In this document: one piece after another, positions 38,521-51,760 of the stretch | How the letters are laid out: every line of letters begins with the position of its first letter | How positions within the stretch are numbered: the first letter of the stretch is position 1 | Assembly (NCBI RefSeq): GCF_001194135.2 | Contig: NC_069006.1 | Location: 24,681,443-24,745,442 of the forward strand | DNA length: 64,000 nucleotides | From: Octopus bimaculoides | Taxonomy: Eukaryota | Direction: 5' to 3' | Program-made: the position numbers and the translations under genes | Notes under the pieces: generated by a model | What the model saw: the letters and a program-made list of their open reading frames with translations, nothing else | Database searches by the model: none | What the model was told of the DNA's origin: nothing

Positions 38521-40752
38521 GATTTTAAAAAATGAAAAAATTTCATTCAACACCTGGCTTCCAATTACCTCATCAAAATCTCAAAGCTACGAGATAATTC
38601 CTGATTAGCATACACTTTATTCTTTCCAAAGTAATGCTTATTCATTTTGCTTTGAATTAAAGGGTTAATTATATAAATAATAATAGGACTTTTTAAATGT
38701 CAAATGGCTGTTGGGGTCCAGCCAAGTAAAATAAGAACCAATGGTAGAGACAAACATAAAGAGGCACACACACACCACAGGCTTCCACACAGTTTCCTTG
38801 TACCAAATCCACTCACAAGGCTTTGGTTGGCCTGAAGCTATAGTTGAAGACTCTTATGTTTTTGTTACTAATTATTATTAGGAGTTGTATAAAACAATCA
38901 AAATATTTTGTGTGTTGTAGAAGTGTGATTTATTGCACATGAAGCTTAGCAACAAAATCTTATAGGACCACCACCACCACCACGTCGCCCACAAGGGTCA
39001 TGCGAACCACTAGTGTAAATTTTACTATGTCAAACATCTTGAGGTAGGATCTGAATCATATGTAGCACTTTATTTTTCAATCCATTCTGCTTTGTCATTC
39101 TGCTCGATTCACCTTTAAATAACAATTCAAAATAGGTTAGTGTTTTCAATAAAACGGCTCGAATTTTGACGCAAGTCGTATTCAAGTTGTTGACGACACA
39201 CAGCAATGGAAAAGGTTAATTGAGTTGAGTTTTATCTGTGAACCAATTGTTGTGCATAACTTATTTTATTTTTTTTGTATTTGTTAATTTTTTTCTTTAT
39301 TGATTTTCCGAGCAACATGAGTTTAGGGAGTAGAGCCAGCATCTGAATTTTTGGTTGCTAATATTGAAATTTGAAGGGGCTTCTCATTAAGCTGTTTAAT
39401 AATCGTAAAGGATGAATTGACAAATAATTAGTAATTTATCATGTTACTTAGTCTCAATATCTGGAAACGTGTAACGGTATTGATCTTGGTCTCCTCTGTT
39501 GCAATTGTCACATGTGATTGCCTGGTTAAGAAACACGTGAACGAGGAAAACCCAGCTCAGTGGAAAGGAATTTAGAAATTACCATTTCATATAGTCATTT
39601 TTATCTCCTAGTTTTTATTTATTTATTTAACTTTTTTTTTTATCTGGATTGAAGAATTGGTATATTTTCTTAGCAGTCACTGTTGATTCAGCTCTGATAA
39701 GATTTTTCAGCTAACCATAGTAACTACACCTTCTTTAACATACACGCAGGCAGACTTTAGAATTAATCCATTTTTAACCCACTTTCTTCATAATGTTAGT
39801 TAATGGCAGTTGGCTCTGGCATTTTTGGTGAAGTTATGTTTTCATTTCGTATCTTTAGAGTGGCTAGATCTCAAAAAAAAAAAAAAGAAAGAAAAAAGAA
39901 AGAAAAAAACTGAAAATATAATCTTGTTAAGTATGACAAATACCGAATTTGATGGTATTCACCAAATATCAGTCTGCTTAAACGATGATTAGCAATCATG
40001 CTTAGTTGATGAGACTATGAAGACAGTTTTGTTATTTTATTTTTATTTTATCTGTACTAAAACACAACTGAAATTATTCTAAATGGTAATTAAACATCAA
40101 GAACTGTATTTCAACTTCAACAATATTTGCCGGCTTGTGTTCATATTTTAACTGCGTAATCTAGTTTACTGATTAGGATCAACTGGTTTTACCGTTGTTG
40201 CTAATAAATTATCATATCTTCTGACTGGTGAGAATTCTTCAGAATTACTGGTTGTCTGTCAATTTCTATTATGCAAATCATGCCTTTACACTCATTAGCA
40301 GCAGGTTTAAATAAACGAAAGCTAGATCTCCCTCTGGGTACAATGTTAGCTTTTATCGCACAGAATTTTCTGAGATCTGATATCAGTTCCTTGCAGTTAA
40401 GTGGACTGTGTCTGTGGAATTCTATTGATAGGAATTATGATTTTGAAGTAGGACACTTGGCTCTTGATGCTTTTTAACTCTCTCTCTCTCTCTCACAGAG
40501 CCGTATCCATCTTGTCCTTCCACCTTTATCTTATAGCTAGAAATTTATATATCTAATATATCTAATATATGTTTGTGTGTGTGTGTGTGTGTGCTGCACA
40601 TTTTTGACTCTCCAATGGAAAGCTTCCTGATTAAGCACGAGTTCTCCAGCTACCTTGCTGCTCTCGTCCAATTAGCTCTTGACATTGTATACTTTGCCTG
40701 TTTTTTGATCTACTACCCTCCACTCTTCTTCTTCCATGATAATGTTTTCCAG

Positions 40753-40801
<49 letters not shown>

Positions 40802-41112
40802 NNNNNNNNNNNNNNNNNNNNNNNNNNNNNNNNNNNNNNNNNNNNNNNNNNNNNNNNNNNNNNNNNNNNNNNNNNNNNNNNNNNNNNNNNNNNNNNNNNN
40901 NNNNNNNNNNNNNNNNNNNNNNNNNNNNNNNNNNNNNNNNNNNNNNNNNNNNNNNNNNNNNNNNNNNNNNNNNNNNNNNNNNNNNNNNNNNNNNNNNNNN
41001 NNNNNNNNNNNNNNNNNNNNNNNNNNNNNNNNNNNNNNNNNNNNNNNNNNNNNNNNNNNNNNNNNNNNNNNNNNNNNNNNNNNNNNNNNNNNNNNNNNNN
41101 NNNNNNNNNNNN

Positions 41113-41149
<37 letters not shown>

Positions 41150-41899
41150 CAAAAGTAAATGAGTATATGCATATATACGTACAGGTATGTGCATACCGAC
41201 ATCCACCTGTATGTATAGGTGCATATCTGGGTACAGGACATTGCAAACAAACGTAGACGAGAACACACGAGCCACATAGAGAACATTCTACTTCATCAGC
41301 TACCCACGTTTTAACACCGGCGTTTCGACGAGCTTCGGGCAGGACGCAACGTTATATGTTATAATTTCTCTCTCTCTCTCTCTATATATATTTTATAATT
41401 TAGAACAAACAGTAAGTTGTCATTATAGTACTCGAGGTCTCATTCTCATTCTTTTGTTGTCACTTTTTGTTATTATATATATATATATATATTTATTTAT
41501 GCGCCCTTCTAAAGCCCAGCCAGGCTCATGGGCCCGGTTTCCCGGTTTCTATGGCGCATGTGTTCCCCTTCCCCAGCTGGATGGGACACCAGTCCATCGC
41601 AGCGTTACTCATGAAGCAGGAAGAAAGAGTGAGAGAAAGTTGGGGCGAAAGAGTACAACAGAGGTTGCCACCACCCCCTGCCACGCACACATATGAAAGG
41701 AGTTCAGTTGGCATTAGGAGTGAAAAATCTCACAATTTGCTCTTTGTCTGAGAATGTGGAAAGGAACAGCAAGTGCTGTTGCTTTGGCTGCTGGCCAGTA
41801 GATGCTGGAGTGATGTGGTGGGGAGAGGAAAGGGCCACAGCAGAGGTACTCCAGATGGATCAGAAGTCTGGCATACAAGTAGATAAACTGTTGTGTATG

Positions 41900-42126
41900 T
41901 ACAAGGGGGTGGGGTGCTGAAAAGTTCCTGACTTTGGGTAAAAGAAAATACAGGAGGATCAGTTAATTATGGTTTTATTCAACATTTTCCCCTCTTCCAG
42001 ATTCGCACACTTATTGCAGCAGTCCTTCAGTTTTTTTAAGCCCTGTAAAAGAATTCAGAAGGTTGGGCCTTCAACCAGCTGTTTTGCAATGCCCTTAAAG
42101 CCAAGAACTTTTAAACATCCCCTCGT
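41900..42126 (-). mobile_element. second mariner deletion derivative (TACGAGGG-type TIR)
   Basis: Ends TACAAGGGG..TGCTGAAAAGTTCCTGACTTT / AAAGCCAAGAACTTTTAAACATCCCCTCGT are imperfect inverted repeats; internal minus-strand GLKKLKDCCNKCANL.. is a degraded transposase C-terminus. Confidence 0.75.
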
Positions 42127-42304
42127 TTATATGTATGCATACAGATAATGTATTCTATTTTCTTTATCATTGAAATACTTTGTGTATAGCTCTGACCAGA
42201 CTGTTGCCTTGTTATCACTGTGATTGAAGTTATAAATTTAAAATTAAAATGATTAACTTGTAAAATAATTAATTAATTTCTTTTTGTTATTTTTCTTTTC
42301 AAAG

Positions 42305-42401
42305 GTTGATGAATCATATGTGGATGCTAAAATAAATGAATGTACAGAACGTGTTGTGTCTATCTTCACACCGAGACCGCAGGTAGTTAGGAGCTAACAT
42401 C
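42305..42401 (+). other. Tao: 5'UTR part of the Tao ATG-containing exon
   Basis: Long pyrimidine tract ending TTTTCTTTTCAAAG at 42304; no other acceptor between it and the ATG is as strong. Confidence 0.65.
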
Positions 42402-42533
42402 ATGCCTTCCCTACCAAAGCCAGGAAGCTTAAAGGACCCTGAAACTGCAGCTCTCTTCAGCTTGGAAGATCCGGAAAAAGTTTTTACGGAACTGAGAGAG
42501 ATTGGCCATGGCAGTTTTGGTGCAGTGTATTTT
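42402..42533 (+). CDS. Tao: TAO kinase coding exon 1 ([44 protein letters not shown])
   Basis: ATG at 42402 with an in-frame TAG 15 nt upstream; translation matches the TAOK N-terminus and Gly-rich loop ([13 protein letters not shown]); GTAAGT donor at 42534; 132 nt, phase 0. Confidence 0.97.
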
Positions 42534-43179
42534 GTAAGTTGACTTCAATTAATAAATTAGCTATGCAGTTCAGCTTCTCTAATTTAATTTAAAATGAAAC
42601 AAAACAGATGAATAAACGAACATCACCTGAATTAATATTGAAGGATCTCTCTCTCACTCGTTTTCTCTCTCTTTCTCTCGTTTTTCTCTCTATGGCCAGT
42701 TTAAAAGCTGACGGGTTAAACTGATGTTCAGGCCAAAAATTAACATGGAATTTTGATAAAAATTTTAAATTTTGATCACTTTAAAACAAAGTTCCTGGAC
42801 GCTCTGTTTCCTGCCTTATTAAAACCATACCACCTCCTCTTCATCCAAACCCACTGCTATAAAAAATTTCGCCTTGCACCTTGGCCTTCTGTCAGTTGTA
42901 AGTATTGTCTGGACTAGATGCAAGGGCCCCAGTGGTATCAGAACAAGTCCACATTGCGTCAACCCCATTTCTCTTCCATTTTCTAATGTCTTTGAGAGAG
43001 GCATGAATGTCATACACTCTCATGTTGTTATTCCATATAAACTTACATCCTTCAGGCTAGACAAACATAAAAACGGCAATGGATGCCCTTGACTGTGCAC
43101 CATGCTGAATGACCTGCAGTGCTTTATCTTCCGTCTCTCAATTGCAAGATCAGTTCCTCAGCAGAGTCACTGTATTCTT

Positions 43180-43229
<50 letters not shown>

Positions 43230-43574
43230 NNNNNNNNNNNNNNNNNNNNNNNNNNNNNNNNNNNNNNNNNNNNNNNNNNNNNNNNNNNNNNNNNNNNNNN
43301 NNNNNNNNNNNNNNNNNNNNNNNNNNNNNNNNNNNNNNNNNNNNNNNNNNNNNNNNNNNNNNNNNNNNNNNNNNNNNNNNNNNNNNNNNNNNNNNNNNNN
43401 NNNNNNNNNNNNNNNNNNNNNNNNNNNNNNNNNNNNNNNNNNNNNNNNNNNNNNNNNNNNNNNNNNNNNNNNNNNNNNNNNNNNNNNNNNNNNNNNNNNN
43501 NNNNNNNNNNNNNNNNNNNNNNNNNNNNNNNNNNNNNNNNNNNNNNNNNNNNNNNNNNNNNNNNNNNNNNNNNN

Positions 43575-43618
<44 letters not shown>

Positions 43619-44449
43619 TGATATAATAATCTCAGACGAATTTGTATTTCAACAAAAGGACATCAAGAATTATTTCTTCTACTTATCATTTATGCATGTG
43701 TAACAAAGGAGGAAAAAAATGCATTTTGATTCACCAAACCCAAATTTAATGAGTTTGAGCCATTCACCCAATGAGTATTTCTGCCACATTTGGTGAAAAT
43801 CCATTCAGCTGTTTTCCAGTAATTTTGCAAACAAACAGACTCAGATGAGCAACTGCAATACCCTGCTTTCGCTTACGTGTGCAGAGTAACAAATAAGCAT
43901 TACGTTTGACAGGGGAATCTGAATGCTAAAGAGTTAAAAAGAAATACTGGGGTTGATTCCTTTGACTAAAACCCTTCGAGGTGGTACCCTAGCATGGCTG
44001 TTGTCCAGTGATTGAAACAAAAGATAATTAAGTATAGGCCAAGAAAAATGACAGCTTTTTACTTACTCTTTTTGTTATTTTTATTAGTCCATTGAACAAT
44101 TTAATGATAGTTATAAATATTTTATTAAAAAAATAATATATACTTCCAAAAGGATAACCGAACCTTCAAAGACCTACATGTAATTATCGTTATTTTATAA
44201 GTGCTTTTATCATAATATTTGTAGCAGAACTGAGTCTCATAAAGATTTCTTTGTTGTTAATTGTTCCTTTTCAGTTTATTAAAATTGTCCCTGTTTCTGA
44301 TGCTGCAATATGAAGTTCACCCTCTACTCCAGCACTCGCTCTTTCATTTCAATCCTCTCATTCCTTGTTTGCCAGACAGTAGTGCAGTGTGATAAATATT
44401 TCATCTTCTCATTTACATTCATTTTACTTCACTTACTACCACTCACTCA

Positions 44450-45070
44450 CTCTCTATTTGTCATTTGACAGCCTTCTACTTCCCACACTATCTCTTTATC
44501 ATGACAGCAAATAAAGACATATTGTTAATTATAATGTAAATCCAGTGTAAATTGCTTAATTCTACATTCCATCAGTTCAATTGTTTGTGAGCAATAAGTA
44601 CAATACCTTTTTTTAATTTTTTTCTGGGGAAAATAACTAGCATGTTATCATCCCTCAATTGTTTAACACTATGAAAACCAAACTAGAACACATACAAAAA
44701 AAAAAAAAAAAAAAAAAAAAAAANNNNNNNNNNNNNNNNNNNNNNNNNNNNNNNNNNNNNNNNNNNNNNNNNNNNNNNNNNNNNNNNNNNNNNNNNNNNN
44801 NNNNNNCTCTCTATTTGTCATTTGACAGCCTTCTACTTCCCACACTATCTCTTTATCATGACAGCAAATAAAGACATATTGTTAATTATAATGTAAATCC
44901 AGTGTAAATTGCTTAATTCTACATTCCATCAGTTCAATTGTTTGTGAGCAATAAGTACAATACCTTTTTTTAATTTTTTTCTGGGGAAAATAACTAGCAT
45001 GTTATCATCCCTCAATTGTTTAACACTATGAAAACCAAACTAGAACACATACAAAAAAAAAAAAAAAAAA
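44450..45070. other. identical about 270-bp sequence on both sides of the 44724-44806 gap (probable contig-overlap artefact)
   Basis: 44450-44723 and 44807-45070 appear identical apart from poly-A length. Confidence 0.85.
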
Positions 45071-45667
45071 AGGTGGAATAGGAGTGATGGCCTTGATGAA
45101 ATATTTTGTAGATAGATGAGTGTTGAAAATTTGGTTTTCAATAACTGTATGCATTTTTATTCAATTAAAGAAATGTCACTAGTGTCTGGTTATAAGATTG
45201 ACAGAATATTGCAGCACCCAATATTACATATTATTACAAGCACCTGGTGTTTAGGTCTAGGGGTTAGGGTTTAGGGTGGTGTGTGTATTCTTTACCTCCG
45301 GCCAGATTCTCCCTGTTTTATTTTCAAACCAGCCAGATAAGGCTTATCTGGCTTCTCACATCTACTCTACAATGTCATTTTAAAAATGAACAATCACATC
45401 ATTGAAATCTTGGAAGCTATAAACGATTATGATGATGATATTTCAACCAAATAAGGGAAAAAGTTATTTTATTGAAATTCTCCTTTCTAAAGTTTTGATC
45501 ATTTAAAAAAAATAATCGAGACAGGCAGTGTATTCCATCCGAAATATGGTTAAGGAATGGTGAAATATTGATAGGAACCATTTTTTTGTTGACATATGTA
45601 CTGCTTAACTCCACACGCCATGCATTATTTGCTTCTTAGTGTCTTTTTTTCTCTCTTTATTCTTCAG

Positions 45668-45739
45668 GCTAAAAACCAAATCACAAAGGAGATTGTTGCC
45701 ATTAAAAAAATGTCTTTCAGTGGAAAAAGTTCTGCAGAG
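45668..45739 (+). CDS. Tao: TAO kinase coding exon 2 (AKNQITKEIVAIKKMSFSGKSSAE)
   Basis: TTCAG acceptor, GTGAGT donor, 72 nt; contains the VAIK catalytic Lys. Confidence 0.97.
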
Positions 45740-45958
45740 GTGAGTCACAAGTTTACAGCATTTTAATATTTTGTTCATATTCCTCCTTGTTACTTGATCC
45801 AGACCTGCATAATTACAGGTTCCAGGGTGGCTTTTTATCAATTTGAAAATTAGCAAATCCAGAAAAATATCTCCAATTTCTTCACTTTCTCTTTGTCCTC
45901 TGATGTTTTAACTTTTTTTTCCCCCCCCCAATTGATTTCACTTTCTGTTGTTTATTAG

Positions 45959-46060
45959 AAATGGCAAGACATAGTAAAAGAAGTGAAATTCCTGCGGGAC
46001 TTGAAGCATAGAAATATTATTGATTTTAAAGGGTGCTATTTGAGGGAGCATACGACATGG
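45959..46060 (+). CDS. Tao: TAO kinase coding exon 3 ([34 protein letters not shown])
   Basis: TTTATTAG acceptor, GTAAGT donor, 102 nt; alphaC helix KWQDI.KEV typical of TAOK. Confidence 0.97.
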
Positions 46061-46916
46061 GTAAGTTTCTTTATTTTTTTATTATCGTTTTATTGAAAGA
46101 CAATTAGATATGATTTAGAAATTTAGGGGAAAAATACCCCTCACCCTAAAAAGTGAAACAAAAGTAAGTAATGAAAAATAATTAAACTGTTTTAGATATC
46201 TTCTGTTTCCATAATGTCAGAGACATGTTGTGCACTCAACACTGGCCAAACTGCTTTCATTGTTGCTGTTTGTCTGTGGCAATTTCATCGAATCTAATAT
46301 TGCATTTGGCAGGATCAGTCATGAACAACCTGTGACCTACCTGATGATAAGCCAGATCTCATGTGGTCTGCTTCTTGAAAATGGTTGCCCAAGCCTGGAC
46401 CAGATCCCAATATCTTGTGAACTGTAGGTCATCTTTCACAAAACCCTCCACCACAATAATGTTCAGTGACTTGATGTTTGTAGTCGTAAGAATTACCCGC
46501 AGTGTATTTGGTCCTGTCGAAATGGGACCAAATCTGAATTTACCATTTTGAACAAAGCAGCACTGTAGCCGTGTGCAAGCAATTTACCATGATATGAAAC
46601 TGGCTGTAGAACTCATGTTGGGTTTGAAGTAACTCAGATATTGAACATTGAATCTATGACAGATGGGTTTTCTATTTCAGCTTCCAAAACATTTTGTCTT
46701 AACCCTTTAGCATTCAGATTAGTCTGTTAAATATAATACTTATTTATTTATTCATTGTTTTGAATTAATCCTGCATTATCTCATAGCTTTGAGATTTCAA
46801 TGATGTAATTATTATTATTATTGTTTTTTTTTTTATATAATGAAATTGTATGATAGGGTGAGAGTTTGAAATTCTTGTATTTCTTGTGTTTTTTTTTCTC
46901 ATTATCTCTCCCTCAG

Positions 46917-46962
46917 CTTGTCATGGAGTACTGTCTTGGTTCTGCAGCAGACATAATTGAAG
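46917..46962 (+). CDS. Tao: TAO kinase coding exon 4 (LVMEYCLGSAADIIE)
   Basis: Pyrimidine tract plus CAG acceptor, GTAAAT donor, 46 nt ending in phase 1; hinge LVMEYCLGSA. Confidence 0.96.
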
Positions 46963-48244
46963 GTAAATAAGGAACTTGGCTGTTTGTAATGTTGAGCTAA
47001 CCAGGGGTAGGATGGCAGGAGTGGGTGGGTGACTGTTGAATTTCTTCACCTTTTAAAATGTTGACTTGTATTTATATCCCATTAAAAAAAAAGAAAGGTT
47101 TTTTTTTTTATTGCTTTAAACATTTGCCAAATTTATTATTCAGCACAATCATCTGAGAGTGATATAACCGTATTTTAATGTGTATAAGGAACCATTTATT
47201 GTCAAAAATTAGGTTAAAAAATATGGGAATTTCTTACAGTAGCCAAATTTCCCTCAAATTCTGTTAACCATCTTTTGAAAGAAAGACATGTTGGCTAGTG
47301 TAATCCTGTAGTTCTGTGTTTACTGACCTCAGGACAAGACATGGTCACTACTGGAACCACTTTGATAATATTCTGTGTGACTATTCAGAGCTGATGCAGG
47401 GCTGCACAACAATTTCATGTAAGCTAACCACATTACATCGTTTAGTTAACGAGCTGGCTGAACTAATGCCAGCTGGAACTAACTTAGGTTTATATTGAAC
47501 ATCTTATTTTTATATATCGAACGGACTTGCAGGTCTGAAACGTTAACGTAATGAATGCAGAAGTTAATTAACATTGTTATTAAGCATTCATATCAAAAGA
47601 CGTCTTTCTAATTACTGGTTAGGTCTACATTTCAGTTTACATCATAACGACATGGAGAGCCAGAAAAAAACAAAAAACAAAAAAAAGAATTGAATGATGT
47701 TTGATAAATAAGTTTAGGCTTTCAGCTTTTAGTGTCTGGCTTTGGTTTCTTTGGCAAGGAACTTCAGTTTGTTTTCCTTGTCAAATGAGGAAAAAATAGT
47801 TAAGTTATTAATGTAATATCGAGTGCAGGTATAGCTGTGTGGTAAGAAGCTTGCTTCCCAACCACATGGTTCCAGGTTCTATAATTACATGTCTGTAGTA
47901 CCAAAGCTGTGGACATCTCAATGCTTAGAAGCATTGAGGGACAGTAGTATTGTAGAGCTAATTGTCTGGAAGATGTAGGACATAGCTAAGATGATAGGAG
48001 TCAGTTAGCTGAAGTAGAATGGGCAGGGCTCTAGGGTTTGAGGAATAAGAGTTGTTGTCTGGGACTGTTTGGTGATGACGGAATTTAGAGGCAGTGGAAA
48101 ATGCACAAAAGGGTTTGAATGGTCTGTGTATTGGTTAGGCACACAGGTGAGAACTACTAGGTGGGTGGTAACATAATGCACATATATCAGACTGTATTTT
48201 GGATTCAGTTTCTTATCTGTGACACACTCCATAATCTCTTTCAG

Positions 48245-48394
48245 TGCACAAGAAACCTTTAAAACAAGTGGAGATATCAGCCATATGCCATGATGCTTTG
48301 GAAGGAATGCATTATTTGCATAGCCAAGGCAAAATCCACAGAGATATTAAAGCTGGTAATATTCTTCTCAGAGAAAATGGCCTAGTAAAACTGG
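48245..48394 (+). CDS. Tao: TAO kinase coding exon 5 ([50 protein letters not shown])
   Basis: TTCAG acceptor, GTGAGT donor, 150 nt phase 1-1; HRDIKAGN catalytic loop. Confidence 0.98.
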
Positions 48395-48697
48395 GTGAGT
48401 ATCACTTTTGTTATGTCTTCTACCACATTTGGTGTCTAATGAAATATGTAGTATATATATTTATTATACATCTTGTGTTCTTATGTGGTATAGTATACCA
48501 CCCAATTTTGTGTTATATATTATATATCAGTGCATTATTTACATTGGACGGGCAGGTGTCCTCACCTTGTTTACTACTACTACTACTACAGTTATTTTCT
48601 TTTACTGTATAACAGTATAACAATGCCCAGATAATTTTTTTGCAGTCTGTTTTGTTGTTTAATAATTTTTTAAATTCAGTTCTACTAAATTTAATGA

Positions 48698-48943
<246 letters not shown>

Positions 48944-49488
48944 TAAAACTCGCTCCTGGGAGTTTTGGTTTTGGTTTTTCTTTATGTATACAGGCATTGC
49001 ATTTTCTTTTTCTCTTCCATCAGATGAGTAATTCCGGTCCTCCCTGCTGAAGACCTGCAGTGGTTAGTACATAGCAAGGGTTGTTAGCTGATTCCTTGGA
49101 AGCTTATTGGCACCTGAGGCTCTTAATAGCCTCTGGTCACTTGGATCTCACTCTGCCACCGTGGTGCAATCCGATCCACCTGCAGGATACTGACGCCCAT
49201 TTCTTCACATTGTTTTAGCAAGGTGGACCCATGCAGTTACAAAGTGGTATCCAAGAGACCAGAAAAGGGCCACTTAAAAGGCCACCACAACAGTGAGAAA
49301 ACAATTTGGTCAAAATCAACCCACCAGCATTTTCTATTGACTAGACCGAAAGCAGCACAAAACGAAATACTCTGTCTGGTCTTGGAATTGAACCTACTAT
49401 CTTACAATTACAAACTCAAGCTTAACTACTTGACTATGTACCTTCACTTTAGTCTTGGGCTTTTTAAAAATTTTAAATTATTATTTAA

Positions 49489-49710
49489 CCCTTTTGATAT
49501 CAACCTGGCTGAAACTGCCTCCGGCTCTGGAGTACAAATGTCTTGTTTCCAAAAGTTCTGAATTAAAATCTTCCACCAAATCTTAGTCACAATTTATGTT
49601 CCTAACACTGGCTTAATGATAACGAAGTTATTTTACTAAATTCTTTCTTATGGTTAAAATTAATTGAAAGAAACACAAAGCATCTCAAGAGAAATATGGT
49701 AACAAAAGGG
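49489..49710. mobile_element. piggyBac-like MITE
   Basis: TTAA-CCCTTTTGATATC ... GGTAACAAAAGGG-TTAA: TTAA duplication with CCC/GGG termini. Related ends (TGCTAAAGGGTTAA or its complement) occur near 6250, 14065, 43925, 46700, 51810 and 61260. Confidence 0.75.
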
Positions 49711-49784
49711 TTAAAAAGACAAAATGTTGAACTTATTTGCTTGTGTTTAATACAAAGTTTTTTTTTTTTTTGCTGTCGTTTCAG

Positions 49785-49960
49785 CTGAAAGAAAACCTCC
49801 ATTGTTTAATATGAACGCAATGAGTGCCTTGTATCACATTGCACAGAATGATTCTCCCACCCTGTCTCCTGGTGACTGGTCTGAAAGTTTTCACGACTTT
49901 GTTGATTCCTGTCTTGCCAAATGTCCTGCAGATCGGCCAAGTGCCCAGAAGTTATTGTTT
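49785..49960 (+). CDS. Tao: TAO kinase coding exon 7 ([27 protein letters not shown]...[10 protein letters not shown])
   Basis: TTTCAG acceptor, GTAAGT donor, 176 nt; [18 protein letters not shown] motif. Confidence 0.98.
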
Positions 49961-50750
49961 GTAAGTTGGATGCTTTCTTTTTTTTTTTTCTGTATGTTTT
50001 TTTAAATTTTAAACTATGAACAAGCAGAGTAAGAGAAGACACATGGGGTGGAGAGTCACTGAAGAGGTCACAGGGTGTGTGATAAAAGAACTTTGATGAA
50101 GAGACTAAAATAATGATAATAATGAAGCGCAGACCAAATATATGAGGTCAATGTAATTGAATAACCTCTCCCCTCAAAATTTCAGGCCTTATTCCTATAA
50201 CAGAAAGAATTATTATTGAGTGAAAGAGCAGCACATTCCATCAAAGTGACACTGGAGTAGAAATATATGAAGCCCAAAATATTCATCATGGCTACCTTTC
50301 CGATTAGGGTGCACCAGGCACATGCATCTCAACCATATGTGCACAATACAAAATAAACAATGTAGAACCTTGCAGGTGGGGCCCAGTTAGAATTTTTTGC
50401 AGGTCAGGTAGTCCATGAATAAGAGTTATTTAAGGATGATGAATGAAATACACGTTTCCAGGAGTGAATTATTCAAACCCGTAAGAATTCCTCTCGACAC
50501 ATGGCTATGGTGCTCACCTGGTTATGGTCAAGCAACTGACCAGCAAATCTGTGGTATTGAGCAGAATATTTGCTGTAGCCCATTTGCACTTTAGTAGGGA
50601 CTGTATACATTTAATCATGTCAGCAAAACTACAGATATTGTCTGTGGCAGAACTAAAAATGTCATATGTATAAATTTACTAATTTTGCTGTTGATTGTTC
50701 TTGCTTCTAATTAATCCTTTATTTTTTTAATTCCCTTTTGTCCTTTCCAG

Positions 50751-50936
50751 CATCAGTTTGTCAATACACCCAGATCGAATACTGTGATTTTAGATTTGAT
50801 TTTTCGAACGAAGGATGCTGTTCGAGAACTGGATAATCTCCAGTATAGACGCATGAAAAAGATCTTGATGGTGGAAAATAACGATGATGAAGCAAAGAAT
50901 TCAACCGGGGAGCCATCTGCTGATGATTCTTCTCAG
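50751..50936 (+). CDS. Tao: TAO kinase coding exon 8 ([42 protein letters not shown]...SSQ)
   Basis: TTTCCAG acceptor, GTAATT donor, 186 nt phase 0-0; [20 protein letters not shown] motif after the kinase domain. Confidence 0.97.
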
Positions 50937-51324
50937 GTAATTGTGCCACGGCCCTCTGGTGATATGCGCTGTTTCTTCTGTTTCATTAAAAGTATTTTTG
51001 TTGTTGATGTAGCATTGGGGGTAAATGTACTTGCGGAGACATTCACCTGGGATGGATTGATCTGCTTCTGACCAGGGAGTTCACCATGTCCCACATGAAT
51101 GCTGACCCCATCCGGCAGTCATCTGCAGTAGCATGCATGGCTATTGCTATAGTCATCATTCTCTGTTGAGGTGTGGAATTCATGTTTGAAGTTTCAATTT
51201 GCCAGGTTCCAACTCTCTGTTTTGGCAGGGTTTTTACAGCTGGATGCTCTTTCTAATGCCAACTGCTTTACTGAGTGTACAGGGTGCTTTTTATGTGGCA
51301 TCATCACAGTTGTTTTTTATGTAG

Positions 51325-51760
51325 CACCAGCAGTGGTGCTTTTTACGTGGCACCAGTAGTGGTGCTTTTTCTGTGGCACCAGCAGTGGTGCTTTTTCTGT
51401 GACACCAGCAGTGGTGCTTTTTCTGTGACACCAGCAGTAGTGCTTTTTACATGGCACCAGCAGTGGTGCTTTTTCTGTGGCACCAGCAGTGGTGCTTTTT
51501 CTGTGACACCAGCAGTGGTGCTTTTTCTGTGGCACCAGCAGTGGTGCTTTTTCTGTGACACCAGCAGTGGTGCTTTTTACGTGGCACCAGCAGTGGTGCT
51601 TTTTCTGTGACACCAGCAGTGGTGCTTTTTACGTGGCACCAGCAGTGGTGCTTTTTCTGTGGCACCAGCAGTGGTGCTTTTTCTGTGACACCAGCAGTGG
51701 TGCTTTTTACGTGGCACCAGCAGTGGTGCTTTTTCTGTGGCACCAGCAGTGGTGCTTTTT
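51325..51760. repeat. 26-bp minisatellite, 17 copies
   Basis: Unit CACCAGCAGTGGTGCTTTTT(CTGTGG/CTGTGA/ACGTGG); counted copy by copy; the last copy is partial. Confidence 0.97.

Noticed and set aside
41226-41360. Penelope-like terminal sequence (CGTTTCGACGAG)
   Set aside because: Only a short motif recalled from memory, with no RT or GIY-YIG coding remnant; unsupported.
44450-45070. Apparent tandem duplication of about 270 bp
   Set aside because: Identical copies directly flank a gap and end in poly-A: most likely unmerged contig ends.
45258-45276. Interstitial telomere-like TTAGGG
   Set aside because: Only two or three imperfect units.
46230-46640. Possible degraded Tc1/mariner DDE fragment (GFVKDD..)
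   Set aside because: Too degenerate to call without a profile search.
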